Shown: positions 8,280-17,055, numbered from the stretch's first letter. The stretch is 40,718 nucleotides of DNA from a virus (IMGVR_UViG_3300033412_000034:1-40718), one strand, 5' to 3'. Program-made: numbers and translations. Notes: a model not told the origin generated them from the letters alone.

Positions 8280-9161
8280 ATGTTCCACGACGATTTCAGC
8301 AACTTCCCTGACGACGATCCCAGCGCCGAGCCGGCGGCTCCGACTGCCGCACCCGTGCGTCAAGTCTGGTACGATCAGTGCTGGAAGTGCAAAGGCTCGG
8401 GCGATTACGGGCGCGTGACGGTGCTGGGTCATGCCATGTGCACGGCCTGCAAGGGCACCGGCCGGATCGCTTATGCCACCAGCCCGGAGCAACGTCAGCG
8501 CCGACGCGATCAGCAACGCGAACGTGCTGCCCAAAAGAAGCTGGCGCTCGAGCAGGAGCGCGATGCGCGCGTCACCGCGTTTGAGGCCGAGCACCCGCGC
8601 GTGGCGCCGTGGTGGACCGACTCGACGTTCGACTTTGCCAACCAGATGCGGGCGGCCGTACGCCAGTTCGGGCACTTGACCGACAAGCAGCTGGCCGCCG
8701 TCTATCGCTGCGTCGAACGCGACGAGCAACGCGCGCACGACCGCGAACAGCGGGCCGCCGCCGCAGCGCCGCGCGAAGTGTCGGTGCAGCCGCTCATTGA
8801 CGCCCTGGAACGTGGTCACAACGCGGGCCTCAAGCACCCGACGTTGCGCGTCGAGGGAATGCGGTTCTCGCGCGCCCCGGACAGTGGCCGCAACCCGGGC
8901 GCCATCTACGTCAAGTCCAGCGGCCAGGACGACGACGGCAAATACCTGGGCAAAATTGCTCAGGGTCGATTCACGAAGTCGTTCGAATGCCCGCCCGAGA
9001 AAGTGGACGAGATCGTGCGCGTGTGTGCCGATCCAATCACAGCCGCCATTGCATTCGGCAAGAAGTTCGGTTTGTGCTCGGTGTGCGGACGCGACTTGTC
9101 TGATCCGGAGTCGGTCGAGCGCGGCATCGGGCCGATCTGCTACGGCAAACTGTTCGAATAA
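8280..9161 (+). CDS. Zinc-finger protein with C-terminal DUF6011-like domain
   Basis: N-terminal CWKCKGSG / CTACKGTG (DnaJ-type CxxCxGxG) and C-terminal CSVCGRDLSDPESVERGIGPIC. Confidence 0.75.
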   Translation: MFHDDFSNFPDDDPSAEPAAPTAAPVRQVWYDQCWKCKGSGDYGRVTVLGHAMCTACKGTGRIAYATSPEQRQRRRDQQRERAAQKKLALEQERDARVTAFEAEHPRVAPWWTDSTFDFANQMRAAVRQFGHLTDKQLAAVYRCVERDEQRAHDREQRAAAAAPREVSVQPLIDALERGHNAGLKHPTLRVEGMRFSRAPDSGRNPGAIYVKSSGQDDDGKYLGKIAQGRFTKSFECPPEKVDEIVRVCADPITAAIAFGKKFGLCSVCGRDLSDPESVERGIGPICYGKLFE

Positions 9162-9199
9162 ATCTTACTCTTTTCATCAACGGCGTGGCAACGCGCGGC

Positions 9200-9229
9200 T
9201 CGTGCCGAGCCGCCGTGGCGCGTTGTACT
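9200..9229 (+). promoter_or_regulatory. Possible degenerate early promoter or hairpin
   Basis: TCGTGC-N18-TGTACT shares GTGCCG..GGCGCGTT with the 5321 element; it also lies inside the inverted repeat CAACGCGC..GCGCGTTG. Confidence 0.3.
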
Positions 9230-9258
9230 CCAAACTCGTATCCCCGGGAGACCACAGA

Positions 9259-9474
9259 ATGTCCAAATTCATCGGATTCAGCAATTCCGACATGAAGCAT
9301 TATCGAACCCCGCGCACGCTCGGCGAGGCGTTCGGGCACGGCGTCGACTGGCATATCGAACCGAAGCCCGAACCGCGCAGCTGGCGCCGTCGCTGGCTGC
9401 CGTCGACTTTCACGCTGACTTTGCTGGCGGGCGTGCTCGTGATTCTGGCCAACTGCGCTTGGAGCCTACGATGA
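9259..9474 (+). CDS. Small membrane protein
   Basis: RBS GGGAG; RTPRTLGEAFG motif; C-terminal hydrophobic helix. Confidence 0.65.
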   Translation: MSKFIGFSNSDMKHYRTPRTLGEAFGHGVDWHIEPKPEPRSWRRRWLPSTFTLTLLAGVLVILANCAWSLR

Positions 9475-9857
9475 CGACGGCCGCCGTACAGCACTGGGTC
9501 AAGCGTTACCGCTTGGAGTGCGATGTGATGCAACCGGAGTTCGAAATCGTGATCGAACTAGACCACCGGGTCGTCACGACCACGTCGCTGCGCGAGCGCT
9601 ACGAATTTTGGCATCGCCCGAGCGTGCGCACCGGGCAACCGGATGACGGCACGTCGTATTTGCATCCGTTGCTGCGCCAGCTGGGCGTCGTCATCCTTGG
9701 CCTCGCCACCGAAGGCTACAATCGGGAAGGTATCGTGGCGCGCTTCGCCGACGGCATCGAAGGCTGGCCGGAGATGGACGGCTCAGCGGGTTGGAGCATC
9801 GTGCGCGTCGACCCGTTCGAAATCGATCCGCTCGACTTCACCGTCACGGAGCTGTGA
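9471..9857 (+). CDS. DUF2528-like phage protein
   Basis: VKRYRL..EIVIELDH..FW..EGWPEMDGSAGWSI pattern; ATGA overlap. Confidence 0.6.
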   Translation: MTTAAVQHWVKRYRLECDVMQPEFEIVIELDHRVVTTTSLRERYEFWHRPSVRTGQPDDGTSYLHPLLRQLGVVILGLATEGYNREGIVARFADGIEGWPEMDGSAGWSIVRVDPFEIDPLDFTVTEL

Positions 9858-9858
9858 T

Positions 9859-10002
9859 ATGCGATTTCGTTCCCTGATGGAAGTCGTGGCTTGGATCGCG
9901 GCCGTCGTGCTGGTGATCCAATTCCTGCGTTTGTCCGTAATTCACAGCTTGATGGAGCAATTCGATGGCAACCTCACCAGCGTCCGCGTCGAGCAGCACT
10001 GA
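9859..10002 (+). CDS. Small membrane protein
   Basis: ATG right after the upstream stop; one TM segment VVAWIAAVVLVIQFL. Confidence 0.55.
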   Translation: MRFRSLMEVVAWIAAVVLVIQFLRLSVIHSLMEQFDGNLTSVRVEQH

Positions 10003-10207
10003 CGCGACCGTTTTGATTCCGATCTCACGCCAGCTGTTGGAAGCCGTGGTGCACGCGCTACGCAGTTATGAGCACGGCAACGAGTCTCCGATCTTGGCCC
10101 GCGCGTTTGCCGACCGGCTGGACTCGGAGATACGTAAGTTCGACGCGAGCGCCGCGCCCCTACTCGTCATCGCACCGGCCGAGTCGGACGGCGGCCACTG
10201 CGATTAG
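9965..10207 (+). CDS. Hypothetical protein (start uncertain)
   Basis: ALRSYEHGNESPILA segment; fills the gap in the operon. Confidence 0.5.
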   Translation: MATSPASASSSTDATVLIPISRQLLEAVVHALRSYEHGNESPILARAFADRLDSEIRKFDASAAPLLVIAPAESDGGHCD

Positions 10208-10215
10208 GGGCAACC

Positions 10216-10491
10216 ATGAAACCAATCTGGGCTGCGCTGTTCTGGCCGCTGCTGACTGTAGCGATGGTGATTCATTCATGCAGTAGCTCCGACGATTGGC
10301 AGCAGCGGTACGACAACGCCACGCCTGAGCAGCGGCTGACGATGGATCGAGAGATCTTGCAACGCGTTCGCCAGTACAATGCCGAGCACCACATCGCTAC
10401 CCGCGACAGCAGCGACGAAGCCGAGGCGCTGCGCAACGTCGAGCACGACTTGGCACGCGTTGCCAGCAGCAAATCCAATGGACAGGACTGA
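10216..10491 (+). CDS. Membrane-anchored or possible lipoprotein
   Basis: N-terminal hydrophobic segment ending VIHSC; RBS AGGGG. Confidence 0.6.
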   Translation: MKPIWAALFWPLLTVAMVIHSCSSSDDWQQRYDNATPEQRLTMDREILQRVRQYNAEHHIATRDSSDEAEALRNVEHDLARVASSKSNGQD

Positions 10492-10807
10492 CGACCTCCC
10501 TGTCTGCGTGAACTACCGGCGCGAACACGCCGACGTTTTCATCGGCCGTCCGAGCAAGTGGGGCAATCCATTCGTGATAGGGCGCGACGGAACGCGCACG
10601 CAGTGCATCGACAAATACCGCGCGTGGCTGCCGACGCAATCCCAGTTGATGACGGCGCTGCCCGAACTCGCCGGGCGTCGGCTCGGCTGTACTTGCAAGC
10701 CAAAACCGTGTCATGGCGACGTGCTGGTCGAATTCGTGCGTCAGTACCTTGCCGATTCTTGTCGCGCGGAGTCCGGCCGTCTCCATTCAGGACACCGAAC
10801 GGAGTAA
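10478..10807 (+). CDS. DUF4326 domain protein
   Basis: DVFIGRPSKWGNPF..LAGRRLGCTCKPKPCHGDVL. Confidence 0.85.
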   Translation: MDRTDDLPVCVNYRREHADVFIGRPSKWGNPFVIGRDGTRTQCIDKYRAWLPTQSQLMTALPELAGRRLGCTCKPKPCHGDVLVEFVRQYLADSCRAESGRLHSGHRTE

Positions 10808-10814
10808 AACAGCG

Positions 10815-11225
10815 ATGGACGCCACGAACACAGTAACGGGTCATTTGGGGTTGCACTGGCAGCAAACTGGCGAGCGGCGCTGGAGCGCGTACCGGCACGG
10901 TCGCGTGTACGTGATCGAGCACTTGCTCAGCGACTTGTTCGTGGCGTTCGATTCGGCGTGGCCCGGACGGGCGTCAGGCGAGTTCACACAGTTTCCAGAT
11001 GCCCTGCTGGCCGCCCAGCAACTGGCCGACGAGTGGGATGCCCAGTGCCCCAACTTGCTCGAGAAGCGCTTGTACGAAGCCATTGGAGCGATGGCTATGA
11101 AGCTCGTCCGGGGGCAATTCAGCTTGGCAACGAGTGGCACAGTCGATAATCGAGTAGTCAACTTTTATGACTTCGTGTTGCAAGAAGGCTGGCCCGCATC
11201 CAGGTTTAACCCGTTGGTGAAATGA
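10815..11225 (+). CDS. Hypothetical protein
   Basis: RBS GGAG; stop overlaps the next ATG. Confidence 0.6.
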   Translation: MDATNTVTGHLGLHWQQTGERRWSAYRHGRVYVIEHLLSDLFVAFDSAWPGRASGEFTQFPDALLAAQQLADEWDAQCPNLLEKRLYEAIGAMAMKLVRGQFSLATSGTVDNRVVNFYDFVLQEGWPASRFNPLVK

Positions 11226-11461
11226 TGAATGACGACCGCGTGGAAGTAGGCAACGAGTACTGCAAGGCGTCGGACGACGCCGGCCAGTTGATGGACGCCG
11301 TCGACAATTACGGTGACCCGGGCCTCGATCCGGACCGACTGGCCACTCAAGTCCGATTGTTTTCCGAGACCGGTGTGTGGTACACGGCCGGCGTGCTGGA
11401 TATGGACCCGCGCGACGTGATTCTGGCTTGGAAACTCGTCGAAGTGATGATGGCATCGTGA
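11222..11461 (+). CDS. Hypothetical acidic protein
   Basis: ATGA and GTGA overlaps on both sides. Confidence 0.55.
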   Translation: MMNDDRVEVGNEYCKASDDAGQLMDAVDNYGDPGLDPDRLATQVRLFSETGVWYTAGVLDMDPRDVILAWKLVEVMMAS

Positions 11462-11688
11462 CGGTATTTCGCTACACTATTCAACCGCCGCCACCGCCCA
11501 TGGTGACACAGCACCCGATCTTGCCTGGACGTTATATCGTGCTGATCGAAGGCGTGACGCTGGCCGAGCCCAACTGGTGGACGTTCGACGGGCGTCAGTG
11601 GGATCACACGTTCGTAGTTCAGAGCGGCTTCCCGGGCATGCCTGGACGGCGTTTGTTCTGGCTCCCTAACTCGCGCCAGCTAATCTAG
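11458..11688 (+). CDS. Hypothetical protein
   Basis: GTGA overlap; Trp/Pro-rich. Confidence 0.5.
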   Translation: MTVFRYTIQPPPPPMVTQHPILPGRYIVLIEGVTLAEPNWWTFDGRQWDHTFVVQSGFPGMPGRRLFWLPNSRQLI

Positions 11689-11703
11689 GACAGGATCTTT
11701 CTC

Positions 11704-12051
11704 ATGGACTCACTACTCAACCGCAAGATCGCGCGTGAACGAGCCCGTGCGGCCGTCGCGCAGGAGCGCCTGAGTGAGGTCGTCAAAAGCGAAATTTTGA
11801 AATGCAAGCATCCGGACATCGGCGAGTCCGACTACGAGCAGTCCCACCGCATTTGCTTATGCTGTGGCTTGTCTGAAATCGGGTTTAGCTTCATCAACTT
11901 GCGTCACGAAGCGCACCCGCGCAAAGTGCGCTGGCACGAAATTCTGGCGCTGCGCACGGCCCATTTGCTCACCAGCGACGACAAGTACGCGTTTCAGGAG
12001 GACCCGGCAGCCTGGGTCGCTGACCCCGCCAACGAACGCTGGTTCAAGTAA
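11704..12051 (+). CDS. Hypothetical protein with CxH..CxxCG motif
   Basis: RBS AGGA; CKH..RICLCCGLSE. Confidence 0.65.
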   Translation: MDSLLNRKIARERARAAVAQERLSEVVKSEILKCKHPDIGESDYEQSHRICLCCGLSEIGFSFINLRHEAHPRKVRWHEILALRTAHLLTSDDKYAFQEDPAAWVADPANERWFK

Positions 12052-12082
12052 AACCAGCCGCTTACCAGGAGTTGATCAAGCA

Positions 12083-13030
12083 ATGGAGCAAATGAGCCAA
12101 ATGGAGCAGTATCACGGACTGCTGTCGCGCATCCTTGACGGCGGCATTGGTCAATTCAATCGGCGAACCGGCAAAATCTGCTACATGATTCCGGCCGCCA
12201 TGATGCAATTTGACTTGCGGACCGGATATCCAGCGGTCACGACCAAACAATTGTTTTTCGGTCAAGTGAAAGGTGAATTGATCGGGTTCATGCGCGGCTA
12301 CACTTCGGCGGCGGATTTCCGGCGCGTCGGCTGCAAGATCTGGGACGCGAACGCGAACGAGACGCCCGCGTGGCTTGCCAATCCGTATCGGCGCGGCCAC
12401 GACGACCTGGGCCGCATCTACGGCGCACAGTGGACCAGCTGGGAAGGACCGGCTTCGTTCTCGTGCGACCGCGATTTCGCCACCGACCAGGAACTGCAAG
12501 ACGAAGGCGAGTGGTTGCGCGGCAAGAGCATCAACCAGCTCGAGCAAGCGCTACATACACTGCGGAACGATCCGTCCAACCGCCGCATCATTATCAGCGC
12601 CTGGAATCCGGGCGAGCTGGACCGCATGGCACTACCGCCCTGCCACGTGCTGTATCAGTTCGTGGCCGACGTGGAGCATCGCCTGCTACATATGAGCATG
12701 TACCAGCGCTCGTGCGACATGTTTTTGGGAGTGCCGTTCAACATCGCGTCGTCGGCGCTGCTGCTGTCGATCATGGCGCGTCTGGCCGGCTTCGTGCCCG
12801 GCACGTTCACGCATTTCCTGACCGACGCTCACATCTATGACGACCACGTCGAGCAAGTCCAGCTGCAGCTGACGCGCAATCACTATGCTCCACCGTCGCT
12901 GGCGCTGGACTTGCAGCCAGTATCGGACGACCATGAAATTCGAGGAGCGTTCGCACGCATCGAGCCGACCCAGATCCAGCTGGTCAACTATCTGCACCAC
13001 GGTCCAATCGCAGCCAAAATGGTTGTCTGA
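12083..13030 (+). CDS. thyA: Thymidylate synthase
   Basis: RTG, PAVTTK, IWDAN, LGRIYGAQW, RRIIISAWNP, MALPPCH, YQRSCDMFLGVPFNIAS, DAHIY. Confidence 0.97.
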   Translation: MEQMSQMEQYHGLLSRILDGGIGQFNRRTGKICYMIPAAMMQFDLRTGYPAVTTKQLFFGQVKGELIGFMRGYTSAADFRRVGCKIWDANANETPAWLANPYRRGHDDLGRIYGAQWTSWEGPASFSCDRDFATDQELQDEGEWLRGKSINQLEQALHTLRNDPSNRRIIISAWNPGELDRMALPPCHVLYQFVADVEHRLLHMSMYQRSCDMFLGVPFNIASSALLLSIMARLAGFVPGTFTHFLTDAHIYDDHVEQVQLQLTRNHYAPPSLALDLQPVSDDHEIRGAFARIEPTQIQLVNYLHHGPIAAKMVV

Positions 13031-13058
13031 TCTTATTTCTCCTCCACCTGGAGTCCAA

Positions 13059-13535
13059 ATGTCTATCCTGATCGTCAAAGTCAAGCAGCTGCACGACCAA
13101 GCCCAGTTGCCGATATATGGCTCGGACGGCGCCGGTTGCTTCGACTTGCACGCCGTCGATGTGCTGAATGCCGCTTCCCATCCGTCCGATCCGAACGCCA
13201 AGATTTACCGAACCGGGTTGGCATTCGAGATTCCGGCGGGTTACGTGATGTTCATTTACAGCCGCTCCGGGCACGGGTTCAATCAAGGCGTGCGATTGTC
13301 GAACTGCGTCGGCGTGATCGATTCGGACTACCGGGGAGAAGTGCGCGTCAGCTTGCGCTTCGACGCCGAAGCGTGGGGCCACCAGCGGCTCCAGGTGGCC
13401 AACGGCGACCGGATCGCCCAAGCCATCGTCCTGCCGCGCCCGGCCGTGGCGTTCGGCTGGGCCGAACAGCTGTCGACCACTGAGCGCGGCGACGGTGGGT
13501 TCGGGTCAACTGGCGGGACCTCGTGGACATTATGA
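13059..13535 (+). CDS. dut: dUTPase (trimeric)
   Basis: All five motifs: AGCFDL, SRSG, GVIDSDYRGE, GDRIAQ, RGDGGFGSTG. Confidence 0.97.
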   Translation: MSILIVKVKQLHDQAQLPIYGSDGAGCFDLHAVDVLNAASHPSDPNAKIYRTGLAFEIPAGYVMFIYSRSGHGFNQGVRLSNCVGVIDSDYRGEVRVSLRFDAEAWGHQRLQVANGDRIAQAIVLPRPAVAFGWAEQLSTTERGDGGFGSTGGTSWTL

Positions 13536-13768
13536 TCACAACCACCGTGACCGCCACCGATTACCGGACCAACCACGAAATCGAGTTGGAACGGCGCGTC
13601 GGCGAACTGCAGTCGATCCTGGACTGCTTGCTGCAGGAGTGCGTGACGCCGAGCGGAATTCTACGCGCGCCCTCGCGACGAATGGTCCGCGACGCTCGCG
13701 CCTGCTTGCCCGCTGGTTATCAAATGACACTGCCGCGCCGCCGCACCAAGTCAGCCAGCCACTCGTAG
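13532..13768 (+). CDS. Hypothetical protein
   Basis: ATGA overlap with dut. Confidence 0.55.
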   Translation: MITTTVTATDYRTNHEIELERRVGELQSILDCLLQECVTPSGILRAPSRRMVRDARACLPAGYQMTLPRRRTKSASHS

Positions 13769-13772
13769 TCGT

Positions 13773-13804
13773 GTTGCCGTGCAATAGTTACATTGCACGG
13801 CAAC
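13773..13804 (+). terminator. Perfect 13-bp stem hairpin, probable terminator
   Basis: GTTGCCGTGCAAT-agttac-ATTGCACGGCAAC immediately after a stop codon, followed by a pyrimidine-rich tract. Confidence 0.65.
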
Positions 13805-13982
13805 TCTCTCCAAATTCTTTCCCGACGGTCACGCAACACCACCCATCGTGCTACAAAGTAGTGACGATGCGGTCTAGAGCGTCCCTATCTGGCAGATGCT
13901 TAATGGCGACGACGTTTCGGGACGAGTCCGAGCCAGCCGTTACAACCACCGCCGTCCCAACTACCACTTTGGAGCAACAACA

Positions 13983-14507
13983 ATGACGATCAAACTTCGC
14001 ACCAAGCTGTTCGCCGCCCTGGCTGTCGCCCTGTTTGCCTCTGCCGCTGCTTACGCCGATCCGGCCAGCAACTCGGGCAGTCTGACGGGCTCGGGCTCGC
14101 TCAACGTATCGGGCTACACGGGTTCGTTCTCGGGCAGCGCCCAATCGGTGTCCAGCGGCAGCACGTTCGCGGCCTCGGGCGGCGTCAACGGCGGCTCGAG
14201 CGGCCAGGAGACGACGCTCAAGACAACCGGCTCGGCCAGCGCGACGGGCTCGTTCTCGCCGTCCGGCGTCACCACCAGCTCGAGCTTCCAGTCGGACTCG
14301 TTGAGCCAGACGTTCGGGCTGGCGACCACCGGCTCGGCCTGGGCCACGTCGGGCGGCGTCGGCGGCACGACCGGCTCGGCTGCGGCAGCAGGTAGCTTCC
14401 AGTCGACCGGTTTCGGCGGCCAGGGCAACCTGAGCCTGTCGGATGCCAGCTCCGGCAACCTCAGCCTGGGCGGCGGATTTGGCAACGGCAATCACTTCGG
14501 CCACTGA
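13983..14507 (+). CDS. Secreted Ser/Gly/Thr-rich low-complexity protein (putative fibre/amyloid-like subunit)
   Basis: RBS GGAG; Sec signal MTIKLRTKLFAALAVALFASAAAYA|D. The mature part has no Cys, very few charges, and alternating small/hydrophobic residues. Confidence 0.75.
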   Translation: MTIKLRTKLFAALAVALFASAAAYADPASNSGSLTGSGSLNVSGYTGSFSGSAQSVSSGSTFAASGGVNGGSSGQETTLKTTGSASATGSFSPSGVTTSSSFQSDSLSQTFGLATTGSAWATSGGVGGTTGSAAAAGSFQSTGFGGQGNLSLSDASSGNLSLGGGFGNGNHFGH

Positions 14508-14530
14508 GCCGACTGTCTGATCAAGTAGTT

Positions 14531-14570
14531 CCGGGGCGGGCGTTTTCGTGGCAGAGGCGACCCGCTCCGG
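14531..14570 (+). promoter_or_regulatory. Intercistronic stem-loop
   Basis: CCGGGGCGGG-CGTTTT-cgtggc-AGAGGCG-a-CCCGCTCCGG pairs (with G-U) between the two secreted-protein genes; no U-tract. Confidence 0.55.
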
Positions 14571-14610
14571 CTTCCAGTGGACCAGCACACATTATTCTGA
14601 GGACCGCACC

Positions 14611-15264
14611 ATGACTTTCCGCACGCTTTTTCATTGCGCGTTGGCCGCGCTCGCTCTGACCGTCGGTGCAGTTGGCGCACAAGCGCAGACGACCACGGTA
14701 GGCGCGAACGCCAGTTCGCAATTGAGCAGTACCAACGGCGCTTACAACCAGGGCGTCACGTCAGTACTGCAAAACACGTTCACGTCGCCGGCCGATTCGA
14801 CCGTGCACCAGGATTACTCGGGCACTTACACCGTGCGCGCCAACACCAGCGTCGTGCTCGGCGCGTTCGCGCCGTCGATGTCGTCCTACAACTGCGCGGC
14901 GACTGGCCAAGCGGGCGGCTCGGCGCCGGGCTTCACGGGCGTGCTCGGGATTCCGCTGTTGCTGACGCCGGGCGAGGACTGCTTGCTGTTCACGGCGGCC
15001 AACATGAACGTCCAGATCGCACAAGCGATTGCGCCGGCCGACAGCAAGGAAGCGTTCAAGCACATCGACGCGGCCAATAACTTGCTGTGCTCGATCAACG
15101 ACACGGTCCGAACCGCGATGCGCGCCGCCGGCATCGCCTGTGCACTCGACAAGCAAGAGCTGGCACAGCAGCAGGAACACGACCGGCAAGCCGCGCAAGT
15201 GGTCAGACACGCGGACGGCACCGCCACTTACGGCGTGGCTCAGACGACACCGCCGGCCCACTGA
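14611..15264 (+). CDS. Secreted protein with four-Cys domain
   Basis: RBS GAGG; signal MTFRTLFHCALAALALTVGAVGAQA|Q; S/T/N/Q-rich N-terminus then C..GGSAPGF..DC..LLC..VRTAMRAAGIAC. Confidence 0.75.
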   Translation: MTFRTLFHCALAALALTVGAVGAQAQTTTVGANASSQLSSTNGAYNQGVTSVLQNTFTSPADSTVHQDYSGTYTVRANTSVVLGAFAPSMSSYNCAATGQAGGSAPGFTGVLGIPLLLTPGEDCLLFTAANMNVQIAQAIAPADSKEAFKHIDAANNLLCSINDTVRTAMRAAGIACALDKQELAQQQEHDRQAAQVVRHADGTATYGVAQTTPPAH

Positions 15265-15332
15265 TTATACTGAGTCGGTATAGCGCAGTATAACGCGAGG
15301 CCCCGCTCGGCGACTGACCGCAGCGGGGCCTT
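15265..15332. terminator. Double hairpin at the convergence of + and - strand units
   Basis: TTATACTG..CAGTATAA (15265-15293) and AGGCCCCGCT..AGCGGGGCCT (15298-15331). Confidence 0.65.
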
Positions 15333-15346
15333 ACTGTTGGGGCCGC

Positions 15347-16108
15347 TCAAGCGAGAGCGGCTGACGCTTTTTGCTGCGCTACCAGCGTCGCCAAGCGCTG
15401 CGCATATGACGCCACGCAGTGGTCCGACAAGCGGCGTCCACCCGGCCATGCGTCAGTCGTGATCGCTACGCAACCCGGTGCTTCGGACAGCAAGCGCAGC
15501 ATCGGCAATGGAGGATGTACCCAGTGAACGGGTTCGAGTGGCAATTCGAACGGGTACGACACGAAGATGTCCAAATCGTTCACCACGGACACCAGTTTAT
15601 CAGCCAGCGCGGGCATCATGGCGGCCCACAACGCGGCGTCGCCGCCTTTGGGGGACGCGAAGCTGTAGATGCGCTCGATATAGACGGGCGAAATCAGCAG
15701 CGGTGAGTAGCGCGCCCGCCACGCGCCGAGCGAGTGGCCATCGATCGTCCAGCTGGTATTGAGCGCCACCAGCGAGCGCGCCCAGCTCCACAGTTCGTCC
15801 AAGCCATGGAACGCCCCGCACGTGACCAGTCCGCCGCAGTCGGCCCGCACGGCATCGAGGTCCAAGTCGTCGTACAAATCGCCGAGTTCGCCGTCAGAGA
15901 AGCGCGTGCCCGAGATCGACAGATAAGTGCCGAGCGCGTCGCAACTGACCACGGCTTGGTGCTGGGCGTTGCGAAACTGCCCGAGCCACTCGTAGCCGAG
16001 CGATTCGAACGCCGCTTTTGAGCGCCCGGCGTCTTCTTCATAGACCGCTTGCGAGCGCAGTACTGCGCGCAGGATCGGCGCGAAATCGATCGTTGCCGCC
16101 TGGGTCAT
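15347..16108 (-). CDS. Lipase class 3-like alpha/beta hydrolase
   Basis: LSISGT oxyanion region, nucleophile elbow IDGHSLG, YSFASPKGG, VVNDLDIF (Asp), SDHCVASY (His). Confidence 0.85.
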   Translation of the reverse strand: MTQAATIDFAPILRAVLRSQAVYEEDAGRSKAAFESLGYEWLGQFRNAQHQAVVSCDALGTYLSISGTRFSDGELGDLYDDLDLDAVRADCGGLVTCGAFHGLDELWSWARSLVALNTSWTIDGHSLGAWRARYSPLLISPVYIERIYSFASPKGGDAALWAAMMPALADKLVSVVNDLDIFVSYPFELPLEPVHWVHPPLPMLRLLSEAPGCVAITTDAWPGGRRLSDHCVASYAQRLATLVAQQKASAALA

Positions 16109-16671
16109 TTGGCGCTCAACACGAAAGCGCGCCCGGCCGGCAGCGACAGCGGCCCCGAAACCGGCCCCGGAGTAGGGGCGGCGGAGGGAGCACTAGCGGC
16201 TTGGGCAGCTTGCGCTTTGACGTTGGCCGCGACGCCTTCCACCATGCCGACCGTCACGGCCGCCGACAACAGGATCGCTTGCGCTTGTTGCTTTTGCACA
16301 TCCGTGATCGGCAAGACTGGCACAATCGACGCCAGCGCCGGGATCGCCTGAGTCGCAAAGTCTTGAATAGTGGTTGCGGTCACAGTAGCGCCAGCCTTGC
16401 ACATGATGTCGATGATGGGAGACGCCACTTTCATCGCCGCTTGAATTTTCAGCGCCGTCTGGTCGCTCGGCGGAGTCGTCAGCAAGATCGCCCGGCCTTG
16501 CGAAATGGCGGTCTGCACCGGCATGCAAATGATGCGGGCAGCGGCGGCCGGCGACAGCAAGGCAACGGCGGCGTTGCCGCCAGCCGTCGGCGCGACCGTC
16601 GTACAACCGGCCCACAGCATGACGACGCTGGCGAACAGCGCCGCTGTGAAAATCGCGAGAATCTTGTTCAT
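16105..16671 (-). CDS. Lipoprotein (lysis cassette)
   Basis: MNKILAIFTAALFASVVMLWAGC lipobox; RBS GAGGA; stop overlaps the lipase ATG. Confidence 0.75.
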   Translation of the reverse strand: MNKILAIFTAALFASVVMLWAGCTTVAPTAGGNAAVALLSPAAAARIICMPVQTAISQGRAILLTTPPSDQTALKIQAAMKVASPIIDIMCKAGATVTATTIQDFATQAIPALASIVPVLPITDVQKQQAQAILLSAAVTVGMVEGVAANVKAQAAQAASAPSAAPTPGPVSGPLSLPAGRAFVLSAK

Positions 16672-16688
16672 GGGGTCTGTCCTCAAGT

Positions 16689-17030
16689 TTATTTCACAAG
16701 TTTGGCCGCAGTAACTGCAGCGCCGGTCACTGCGGCGGCCACGGACGACGCTACCTGTCCTGACGCCGCAATACTGGTGGACGCGTTCACGTCGGATTCG
16801 ACGATGTCGAACGTGTAATTGTCGCCCACTTTCGTGACGTGGGCCGTGATCTGGCCGACGTTCTTGCCGGACGTGACCGTGGCCTCACAGCACAGGATGC
16901 GGTTCGACTGTGCGTCGTAAAAGGGTTTAATGTCGTAGCGCGCGATGCCGGCGTACAAGTTGACGCAGCCCGCGATGGAGCCGGCCAGGGCGACGAGCGC
17001 CAGCCGCACGAGAAGAGAAGGAACGAGCAC
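16689..17030 (-). CDS. Lipoprotein (lysis cassette; start GTG 17030 or 17009)
   Basis: VRLALVALAGSIAGC lipobox, beta-rich body with CC, Ala-rich C-terminal helix. Confidence 0.65.
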   Translation of the reverse strand: MLVPSLLVRLALVALAGSIAGCVNLYAGIARYDIKPFYDAQSNRILCCEATVTSGKNVGQITAHVTKVGDNYTFDIVESDVNASTSIAASGQVASSVAAAVTGAAVTAAKLVK

Positions 17031-17055
17031 GGCAGCGCACCATAGAGGGAGAGGG

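Noticed and set aside
12083-13030. dCMP hydroxymethylase / DNA modification gene
   Set aside because: It has canonical ThyA motifs including PFN (Asn), and no modification cluster is nearby.
13826-13912. c-di-GMP-I riboswitch
   Set aside because: There is superficial similarity (GGTCACGCA, GGTCTA..ATGGC), but the GGCAAA, GNRA loop and GACGCAAAG core are missing; kept only as a generic structured leader.
13983-14507. True curlin CsgA or ice-nucleation protein
   Set aside because: It lacks the curlin N-x-A-x-x-x-Q repeats and the AGYGSTxT repeats, and no csg secretion genes are present.
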